This document shows positions 18,909 through 25,689 of a DNA stretch of 30,084 nt, one piece after another; positions within the stretch are counted from its first letter, which is position 1; every line of letters begins with the position of its first letter. The position numbers and the translations under genes were made by a program. Source of the stretch: Candidatus Micrarchaeota archaeon (GTDB lineage: Archaea; Micrarchaeota; Micrarchaeia; Norongarragalinales; UBA97); NCBI GenBank assembly GCA_964585235.1, contig CAZPDD010000001.1:1-30084 (forward strand), read 5' to 3'. The notes beneath the pieces are model-generated. The model saw only the letters and a list, made by a program, of their open reading frames with translations. It was not told the DNA's origin and did not search any database.

Positions 18909-19937
18909 ATGAAAACCATTCAACCGCACAAAATTAGCCATGAAAGCATTCAAGCCGCCCGTCAAATGGCTGAAGCGCACTTGAGGAAACTCGATTACTC
19001 AGTCATCGCAAGCGACAATAGCCTATTCGCCGCCAAAGGCGTGCCTGAAAACGGTTCGAGCTGGCCCGAAATACGTAAAATGACCAACGAATTCATGGGA
19101 CCGCGCATAGACGTTTTGTTCGATGCTAAGGTCATAAGCGTAAAAAGCAACGGCTTTCCACACGACGAAGTGCACAAGCACGCGGGCGACTTGATAGACG
19201 TAATTCGCGGGGCAACAATCCCCCTTGACGCAATCAGATTGGAAAGTATAAAGAAAACCCCCGCGATGGAAAAAGCAGCGCAGAAGGCCGTGGGAAAGGC
19301 GCTTTCCGTAGTTGGATTCGACCCGGCGAAGCTCAGAAATCTCCCCCCACGTCAACGCAGGGAATTGCGTGCAGAATACCGCGCGCTCCACATGAATTAC
19401 TCTGCAGCCTATTCGAACGCCAAGCCCGATGACGTCGCCAAAGCAGCCGCAGTGGCCCTGATGGAAAAATACGGGTTTTTCAGCCACTTCAAGCACAGCC
19501 GGCATACCTTCGTCACGCAGTCGATCCTGCAGGGAACTATTCCAATTCACGCACTGGGAGTAGAGCCTGAAGAGCTCATGCTCGGCAACCACAAAGCCTT
19601 CGAGTCATTGCTTAACGGCACTGCCGACGCAGTTGACAAAGCCCGTTGGCAAATTGCAGTTCGGAATACGCTTGAAGAAAAAGGCGTTGATGTTGGAGAA
19701 TGGGAAACCGAGCATTTCCGGCTGCTCACTGAAAAAAACTTGGCTGAATTGGCAGCAAGAAAGAAATCTAACACTAAAGGAAAACTTTACCCACAGTTGC
19801 CGAAAAGGAAACCCATGAAAATAGAACGCGGCGTAGCATTGCTTGACGAACTTGCCGAACACAGGTTCAAATTGTGGCCCGGATTCCTAAAAGCAATTTC
19901 AGAATGTAAAAACCCCGCTTGGCTTTCGCCCGAATAA
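18909..19937 (+). CDS. Hypothetical protein (342 aa, helical)
   Basis: Long ORF divergent from E2; no motif recognised. Confidence 0.75.
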   Translation: MKTIQPHKISHESIQAARQMAEAHLRKLDYSVIASDNSLFAAKGVPENGSSWPEIRKMTNEFMGPRIDVLFDAKVISVKSNGFPHDEVHKHAGDLIDVIRGATIPLDAIRLESIKKTPAMEKAAQKAVGKALSVVGFDPAKLRNLPPRQRRELRAEYRALHMNYSAAYSNAKPDDVAKAAAVALMEKYGFFSHFKHSRHTFVTQSILQGTIPIHALGVEPEELMLGNHKAFESLLNGTADAVDKARWQIAVRNTLEEKGVDVGEWETEHFRLLTEKNLAELAARKKSNTKGKLYPQLPKRKPMKIERGVALLDELAEHRFKLWPGFLKAISECKNPAWLSPE

Positions 19938-20023
19938 TCCCCCTTCGAGCTGGCATGAAAATCGATTCTGTAGCGGCGCAAAGGCGCCTCGAGACGGCGG
20001 GTATTGATTGGAAGGAACTTGGG

Positions 20024-20482
20024 TCAGTCAAGTTTGTGCTTGTTGACTGCATCGTATAACAAACGCTTGAAATCCTCGTGCGCTTGCGAACGGCCGTTCG
20101 GATGCATCAGTCTCACCAAAGGAATTTTACGGTTCACTGCCAACCCTGTGACTTTTTCGAGAAAATCATTGTCGCCTACAATGCCCTTGGCAATTCTTTC
20201 CACCGTTTCAGGAGTAAAGCGCTTGCCTCCCGGATTATGGCCCGAGTTTACCAACGCAGCAATCGCCTTTTCAGCCGCCCCCGAACGCAAGACCGCAGCA
20301 ATTAATGGCCTAATCTCCTCGGGGGAAACCCTTCCGGTCAAATGCTTCAATCCTGCGCGGGGACTCCGCCATTCCCTTTCTTCACCCTTCCCCAATTCGC
20401 CGGAAACCGTACGGTAAGCTCTGGCGGCTTTAACATAAGAAAACGCCGGTTCAAGCGGATTTTTCACTAACTTTGCCTCCAA
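20024..20482 (-). CDS. Hypothetical protein co-transcribed with the ubiquitin-like gene
   Basis: The TTG start (20482) directly abuts the Ubl TAA stop (20483-20485). 152 aa. Confidence 0.65.
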   Translation of the reverse strand: MEAKLVKNPLEPAFSYVKAARAYRTVSGELGKGEEREWRSPRAGLKHLTGRVSPEEIRPLIAAVLRSGAAEKAIAALVNSGHNPGGKRFTPETVERIAKGIVGDNDFLEKVTGLAVNRKIPLVRLMHPNGRSQAHEDFKRLLYDAVNKHKLD

Positions 20483-20725
20483 TTAGCCGCCCGTCGGGTC
20501 GGGCATCAACAGGAGCTCGGCGCCTTCCGCAACCCCCGCCTCCTTCAGCGTCGCATCGGGGTTGAGAATCTTGTTGTCGGCAGTTGCCAGCACGAACCTG
20601 TCTTTCAGCTGAAGGTTCTCGCTCAGGACCTCAAGCACGCTGCCTACCGTGAACTTTTCCTCAACGGCAATGACGATTTCCTTGCCGCTGGTCGAGTGGG
20701 TTACTGTAATTTTGTATTCGACCAT
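20483..20725 (-). CDS. Ubiquitin-like modifier, 80 aa, C-terminal Gly-Gly
   Basis: MVEYKITVTH...DRFVLATADNKILNPDATLKEAGVAEGAELLLMPDPTGG* aligns in register with ubiquitin [43 protein letters not shown] lies 23 nt before ATG20725. Confidence 0.9.
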   Translation of the reverse strand: MVEYKITVTHSTSGKEIVIAVEEKFTVGSVLEVLSENLQLKDRFVLATADNKILNPDATLKEAGVAEGAELLLMPDPTGG

Positions 20726-20738
20726 TTCGCAAAACACC

Positions 20739-20780
20739 GGAACAAAGCTATTTAATTGCCGCAACGGCTTTAATAGCTTT
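20739..20780. promoter_or_regulatory. Symmetric divergent promoter between Ubl and the 277aa-JAMM-RING operon
   Basis: Inverted repeat AAAGCTATT (20744-20752) / AATAGCTTT (20772-20780), with an inner GCCG-CAA-CGGC and a TATA-like box on each strand. Confidence 0.55.
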
Positions 20781-20817
20781 CGCGAAGGAAAAGGGGCACT
20801 GGAAGGAATTGCAGCCC

Positions 20818-21651
20818 ATGGATAAGCCCAAGATAGTGGAAATAAAGCGGCCTCAAACGAGCGCGAGCCAAAAAGCGCCAGGCGCCGGCGCGCCCCAAGC
20901 CAGCGGGCCTGCGGAAGAGGAAAGCGAAGTGCCTGCGCAAAGTTCGCAACCCGTTGAGCAAACGCAACAGCCGCAAGCGCCCGAAGAGGCGGGGCAAACC
21001 CCTTCCCGTGAACAGCCTGAAACTTCAATCGCACGCGGCGTGCAACAGCCTTCCGAAGAGCTCAGCGAGCTTGAGAAAAGCGTGCTTGCCGAAATGCGCA
21101 AGCGCGGCGAAATCAGCGCGGACGAGGAGCGGCTCATTATTGCAGAAATCCGCGAGGAAGAGAAAAAACAGGCGGAAGAAGGAAGCAGGCAAACATTGCT
21201 GCAGGCGGAAAAGAAAGAACCCAGTGAGGATGAAAAACGAGTGACTGGCGGGGTTGAAGTGGCAAACGAACAGCCGGGCCCTCGCGTTGTCGAGGAACGC
21301 GATTATTCGCTAGTCATCAACGCCACTCAAACATCCCCGCCGCAAGTCAAGAACCTCATCAAACAAGAGCGGATGGGCACCGTGGTTGTGAGCGAACAAA
21401 GCACGCTTGAAAAGGAAGCGCGGGAGCAGGCAAGCCGCGACGCGATGGCAATCAGGACCGGGCCGGGCACGCCTTTGACCATTGACGAGAGGCAGCACGC
21501 CGCAAGCTTGGCTGAAAAAATCTGGCGCCAGAAGCAGGCGGAAAAAAGCTGGTTTTACCGACTAAAGAAAATGCTGGGGCTTGCAGGAAGGGACGAGACA
21601 GCAACGGAAACAGGCGGATTCGGAAGAAGCGGACAAGGCGGGTTCACTTGA
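20818..21651 (+). CDS. 277-aa largely disordered (Q/E/P/S-rich) protein, first gene of the JAMM-RING operon
   Basis: Starts MDKPKIVEI, has a short helical segment (LAEMRKRGEISADEE) and an amphipathic EKSWFYRLKKMLGL. Its stop overlaps the JAMM start (TTGA). Confidence 0.8.
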   Translation: MDKPKIVEIKRPQTSASQKAPGAGAPQASGPAEEESEVPAQSSQPVEQTQQPQAPEEAGQTPSREQPETSIARGVQQPSEELSELEKSVLAEMRKRGEISADEERLIIAEIREEEKKQAEEGSRQTLLQAEKKEPSEDEKRVTGGVEVANEQPGPRVVEERDYSLVINATQTSPPQVKNLIKQERMGTVVVSEQSTLEKEAREQASRDAMAIRTGPGTPLTIDERQHAASLAEKIWRQKQAEKSWFYRLKKMLGLAGRDETATETGGFGRSGQGGFT

Positions 21652-22112
21652 CTTACGAGGCATACCTAGAACAAAACGCGCTGCTTGCCGCGCAGGAACA
21701 CTTCGCCAAGGCCGCGGCAAGGGGCCTTGAGTCAATGGGCTTGCTTGCAGGCAGCGCCGCAAAGTGGCGTGGCCAAACGTATGCGATTGCCGACGAATTC
21801 ATCACCGCCGGCAATTCCGCAACCAGCGTGAGCGTCAAGTTCGAGCAAGAGTCCTTCCCACAGCTTGCTGCCAAGGTGAACGAGGCGAGGAAAAAAGGAA
21901 AAGTGATTGTTTCCTGGTGCCATTCGCACCCCAACTACGGCTGCTTTCTTTCCTCAACCGACGTCGCCACGCAGCGAAAGTACTTCGGGGAGGAATTCAA
22001 CTTCGCGCTGGTCATCGACCCCGTGAGGAACGAGAAACAGGCATTCAAGCTCAGTGAAGAAAATGAAAGCGGATACAGGACCGCAAGCTACGCAATCATC
22101 AGAAGAAAGTGA
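21648..22112 (+). CDS. JAMM/MPN+ metalloprotease, Rpn11/CSN5-like deubiquitylase
   Basis: E28 (ESMGLL), then WCHSHPNYGCFLSSTD (H92, H94, S102, D105) and LVIDP. Compare eukaryotic WYHSHPGFGCWLSGVD. Confidence 0.93.
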   Translation: MTYEAYLEQNALLAAQEHFAKAAARGLESMGLLAGSAAKWRGQTYAIADEFITAGNSATSVSVKFEQESFPQLAAKVNEARKKGKVIVSWCHSHPNYGCFLSSTDVATQRKYFGEEFNFALVIDPVRNEKQAFKLSEENESGYRTASYAIIRRK

Positions 22113-22122
22113 GGGCCAAGAA

Positions 22123-23268
22123 ATGCCGAAAGAACAACCCGAAGGCCAGCCGGCACAAACGGGAGTAATGCCGCAAGGAACTGGCGAAGCTAGCCAAGCC
22201 AATGAGACAGAGCGGACGCAACAACCGCCCCGGCAAGTTCAAATCCAGGGATTGACCCCGCGCAAGCGCGGCCGGCCGAGGAAAAACGCGCAGGCAAACC
22301 AGATGCCAGCCCAGCCTGCGGCAAGCGAACAGGCGGCAAAAGCAACCACTACGGCAATTCGCATTTCAACCCCGGCGCAAGGCCGGCTGCTCCAGCCAAT
22401 CATACGCGCTGCGCCGTCAAGAACGCCAATGCCCGAGGCAATTGCCCCTCCGGAAAAAAACCTTGCGGCAACAGGCGCAATCAAGCAATTTCAGGCTGCA
22501 AAAACAACTCCTGCAAAGCCGAGGAAAAAATCCGGAAAGCTCTCGCGGTTCGACAAAGACGCGGTCAAGCTAATACAGCACGGAACGCAAAGCGTGCAGC
22601 GCATTTCCTCAATCCTCGGGGTCGACGCGGGCGAGGCGCAAAAGCGCTTCCTCGAAATGGAGAAGCGGGGGCTCTTGGCCTTCGACGTGCAAGCCCCTGA
22701 CCGCATCACGCTCACCATCCGGGGGTACAACGACCTGAAACTCTCCCCCCGCATGGAAAGCCAGGTGGAAAAAACAATTGCAAAGAATGCGGAAGAAAAG
22801 CAAGTGCAGCTGGAAAAACTTCCCCCGCGAAACGAAATCGAGGTTTTGGGGGAAAAGCCAGTTGAACCCCCTCACGAGAAAATCGACTTGGCCGAGCTTT
22901 TGCGCCGCGGCGCGCCCAAAGACGCCGGCGTTTTCGTAAAGCGCGCTGAACGGCGCCAGGGCGCGGAGGAGAAAGTCGTAATCGAACGCAAGAGCATAGA
23001 CGCCCAGACTACGGAACTGCTGAAAAAAACCATGCAGGCGTACGAGGGCGAGAAATGCGAGCTGTGCCGCGGGGACTTCCGCCTCGCGCTTTCCGACGGC
23101 CACCCCAAGTACGGACACTGCTTCTGCGGCGCCGCTTTCCACCACGATTGTTACGACACGCTTTCCGACGAAAACGGCTCGTGCCCCCGCTGCGGCCGCT
23201 CTCTTGAAATCATCCTCGATAGGCAAAGCCAGGAGGCCGTCAACGCGATAAAAAAACTCTTCGAGTGA
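22123..23268 (+). CDS. RING-like Zn-finger protein (E3 candidate) with central wHTH and disordered N-terminus
   Basis: C-terminal CELC...CFCGAAFHHDC...CPRC (C4HC3 ligand order) at 23056-23193. wHTH-like segment FDKDAVKLIQ...ISSILG...LEMEKRGLL...ITLTIRG at 22549-22740. Confidence 0.8.
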   Translation: MPKEQPEGQPAQTGVMPQGTGEASQANETERTQQPPRQVQIQGLTPRKRGRPRKNAQANQMPAQPAASEQAAKATTTAIRISTPAQGRLLQPIIRAAPSRTPMPEAIAPPEKNLAATGAIKQFQAAKTTPAKPRKKSGKLSRFDKDAVKLIQHGTQSVQRISSILGVDAGEAQKRFLEMEKRGLLAFDVQAPDRITLTIRGYNDLKLSPRMESQVEKTIAKNAEEKQVQLEKLPPRNEIEVLGEKPVEPPHEKIDLAELLRRGAPKDAGVFVKRAERRQGAEEKVVIERKSIDAQTTELLKKTMQAYEGEKCELCRGDFRLALSDGHPKYGHCFCGAAFHHDCYDTLSDENGSCPRCGRSLEIILDRQSQEAVNAIKKLFE

Positions 23269-23274
23269 ATTGCA

Positions 23275-23481
23275 ATGGCTCAAAAAAAGACGGAAGAGAA
23301 GCTAAGTACGCCGGACTTCCTTGTCGAACTCCAAAAACAGTTGGCCGAAAACCGCAGGTCAGATGCGCAACGCATTGAAGAAATGGTCCGAAGGAAAAAA
23401 GAAACTCAAGAAACTGCTGCAAGAGAAATTTCTGAAAAAATCAACCGTGCACGGGGCACGAAACGCGCTTGGAAACGCTGA
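23275..23481 (+). CDS. Small coiled-coil protein, last gene of the JAMM-RING operon
   Basis: 68 aa, K/E/R-rich helix, 6 nt after the RING stop. It overlaps the E1 3' end tail-to-tail by 41 nt. Confidence 0.6.
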   Translation: MAQKKTEEKLSTPDFLVELQKQLAENRRSDAQRIEEMVRRKKETQETAAREISEKINRARGTKRAWKR

Positions 23482-24310
23482 AGACGCTCGACTCGTTTTT
23501 CAATCCGTTGTAGAAAAAGTATTTGCCCACCAAGTCGCTTGCCGGCAGCGCGAAGCCGGTTTTTTCCTTGCGCCGGGAAATCGGCACCTGCGTCAAATGA
23601 TTTACTCCGCCACTTTCTGCTTCTTCCCTGCCCCCGGGCCCGTGAGGGCTTGTTGCGTGAGCTAACTTCACAAACTCGTTTGCCTGCACGCTTGCGATAA
23701 GGCTGGTGGTTGTTGGAAGGGCGGGCATTTTCGGGTCGATGAACTCAAGCTCGTCGCCAGTGCAGCTGTAGCGCTTCCAAAGGATGGCGTAGTCGCGCTT
23801 GCTGAGGCCGCACTCAAGACACGCGCTTGGCGAGCGCACCACCTGCGCCTTTCCGTTAAAGCCCGTTGTCCCGCCGTCAATGACAACCGCCTTGCCGTAG
23901 CACTGGGCGTTCACGTGAAGGCGCGAGCCGAGGTTGTCAAGGCACGTGAAGGCATAGTCGAACTGCTCGAAAAAACTTTCCTTCAACTGCTCAGCGCGCT
24001 TTACAACCGCCTTGACGGCCGCGTCGGGGTTGATGCGCGTTGACTCGCGGCTGATTGCACGCGCCTTTTTCTCGCGGTTAAGCGCGTCGGCGTGCGTGAA
24101 GAAAACGCAGCGGTTGAGGTTAGCCGGCACGACTTCGTCAAAATCAACCACCGTGAGCTTGCGCACGCCGAGCTGCAGCAAAAGCTTGCACACTTCGTTT
24201 CCCAAAGCGCCCGCCCCGACAACAAGGCAGTTCGCCTGCTCCACCGCCCCCTGGCGCCAGCCGGAAACGCGCTTTTGCCTGTCCCACTGGTCCGCGTCGA
24301 TCATGTCCAT
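23441..24310 (-). CDS. Ubiquitin-activating enzyme E1 (ThiF superfamily, eukaryote-like subtype)
   Basis: WDRQKR, VVGAGALGNEV, DFDEVVPANLNR, CLDNLGSR, DGGTTGFNG, Zn ligands CLEC and CPVH, and crossover-loop Cys183 in KRYSCTG. Start could be 24304 or 24337. Confidence 0.93.
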   Translation of the reverse strand: MDMIDADQWDRQKRVSGWRQGAVEQANCLVVGAGALGNEVCKLLLQLGVRKLTVVDFDEVVPANLNRCVFFTHADALNREKKARAISRESTRINPDAAVKAVVKRAEQLKESFFEQFDYAFTCLDNLGSRLHVNAQCYGKAVVIDGGTTGFNGKAQVVRSPSACLECGLSKRDYAILWKRYSCTGDELEFIDPKMPALPTTTSLIASVQANEFVKLAHATSPHGPGGREEAESGGVNHLTQVPISRRKEKTGFALPASDLVGKYFFYNGLKNESSVFSVSKRVSCPVHG

Positions 24311-24410
24311 TGCAAAAACCTTTTCAGCTAAGGGCATTAATCGCTTTCACTGCTTTTAATTCCCGACACCCGCCCCCATGCATTAAAAGCCCATTGCGCC
24401 GAATTAGATA

Positions 24411-25046
24411 ATGGAAATCGACGCAAGGCGAATCGTGGAAAAAAGCTTTAAGGAAGTTTCAAGGGGCGAAGCACGAGATTTCTTGACAACAAGGGGCGGC
24501 TTTATCGAGGCAAGTGAAAAGATTGTCGATGCAATCGCCATGGCGCACAAAAATTTCCTGGCCGAGTTCATCGCACGCTCTAAGCTTGATGAACGGAAGA
24601 AAAAGGAGTTAACCCGGACTTTCGACGACTATGCGGATGCGGTGCAAGTCAGCATCGCAATCCGTCGGATGATTCCCGTGAACATCAACGTGTTTCGCCA
24701 AATACACGACAAGTCGCTTGAACTCTTAAAGGACCCGCAAGTCCGCGCCGGTTTTGATAAACTGAATAAAATCCTGATGCCGAATATGTTCTTTGATGCC
24801 AACTCGGCTGAAAAAAACATCAGGACGGGCCTTAAAACAGGCTATCGGCAGGCATATTACGATTTTCACATCCGCGACCCGGCCACTTTCACCGAGGACG
24901 ATTTCCGCCTCTCGACGGTGAGAAAAGCATATTACCTGAAGTTCGCGGCGCTCTTGGACGAAGAAAAAGGCCGCGAATTGTCCGAAATGGCCCGGACTGC
25001 CTTTTTGGAGTGCGACAAGAAGATACGCACTTTGGGGGAGAATTGA
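24411..25046 (+). CDS. Hypothetical helical protein
   Basis: 211-aa ORF divergent from E1; no motif recognised. Confidence 0.7.
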   Translation: MEIDARRIVEKSFKEVSRGEARDFLTTRGGFIEASEKIVDAIAMAHKNFLAEFIARSKLDERKKKELTRTFDDYADAVQVSIAIRRMIPVNINVFRQIHDKSLELLKDPQVRAGFDKLNKILMPNMFFDANSAEKNIRTGLKTGYRQAYYDFHIRDPATFTEDDFRLSTVRKAYYLKFAALLDEEKGRELSEMARTAFLECDKKIRTLGEN

Positions 25047-25087
25047 GACACTCAGGGTAATAAGAGTTTTCGCCCCCCAACCAATGC

Positions 25088-25639
25088 GTGGCCTGGCTTG
25101 AAATCATAATCTTGTGCGTTGCAATCTTTTTCCTGCAAATAGGCATTCCGCAGCTGACGCCCTTGCTTTCCTTCGTGCCGGCGCACGCACTTTCCGCGCC
25201 GTGGACCATAGTCACGTCACTCTTCGTGCACGCGAACGTCGCACACTTGTTCTTCAACATGTGGGCGCTTTTCGTCTTCGGCCCCTTCCTCGAAAGGCGA
25301 ATAGGGCAGAAGAGATTTTACGCGCTATACCTTCTTGCAGGCATTGTCGGCAACATCGCCTTTGCACTGCTTTACCCGTCAGACGTAGCGGGGCTTGGGG
25401 CAAGCGGCGCGATTTTCGGCGTGATGGGCGCGATGGCAATGCTCATGCCCAACCTCGCGATACTCGTTTTCTTCATCCCCATGCCAATGTGGATTGCCGC
25501 GATTTTCTGGGCGGTTACGGAATTCCTGCTTGCAGGCTCGCCCGACGCAGTTGCGCACTTCACGCACCTCGCCGGCCTCGGAGTTGGCCTGTTGTGGGGC
25601 AAGTACATCAAGGACGGCGAGCCGCAGTACTTTGCCTAA
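25088..25639 (+). CDS. Rhomboid-family intramembrane serine protease
   Basis: TSLFVHANVAHLFFNM, LER, GASGAIFG (catalytic Ser) and AHFTHLAG (catalytic His), with multiple TM segments. Confidence 0.95.
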   Translation: MAWLEIIILCVAIFFLQIGIPQLTPLLSFVPAHALSAPWTIVTSLFVHANVAHLFFNMWALFVFGPFLERRIGQKRFYALYLLAGIVGNIAFALLYPSDVAGLGASGAIFGVMGAMAMLMPNLAILVFFIPMPMWIAAIFWAVTEFLLAGSPDAVAHFTHLAGLGVGLLWGKYIKDGEPQYFA

Positions 25640-25689
25640 CCGCTGAAAAGGGAAAAATGCGCTTTGATGAAAAAAGGGGAGTGATTGGA

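Noticed and set aside
19955-20059. 34-aa + strand ORF MKIDSVAAQRRLETAG...
   Set aside because: It is short, overlaps the end of the 152-aa gene in antisense, and has no promoter or homology support.
20726-21034. 103-aa N-terminal extension of the Ubl in track ORF 20483..21034
   Set aside because: It is antisense to the 277-aa gene and spans the promoter. ATG20725 has a correctly spaced TATA-like box and gives a normal 80-aa Ubl.
23535-23655. E1 insertion as an archaeal BHB intron or MITE
   Set aside because: It is in frame with no stop, and I could not identify bulge-helix-bulge ends or terminal inverted repeats.
20483-24310. Reading Ubl+E1+JAMM as an ordinary MoaD/ThiS sulfur-carrier or SAMP system
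   Set aside because: A clear E2 and a RING-like protein are adjacent, and the Ubl aligns with ubiquitin-type strands. No Moco, thiamine or tRNA-thiolation genes are in the window.
18205-24310. CBASS/Pycsar Cap2-Cap3 locus
   Set aside because: No CD-NTase/cyclase or effector is visible. E1 and E2 are separate proteins, and a free Ubl and a RING are present.
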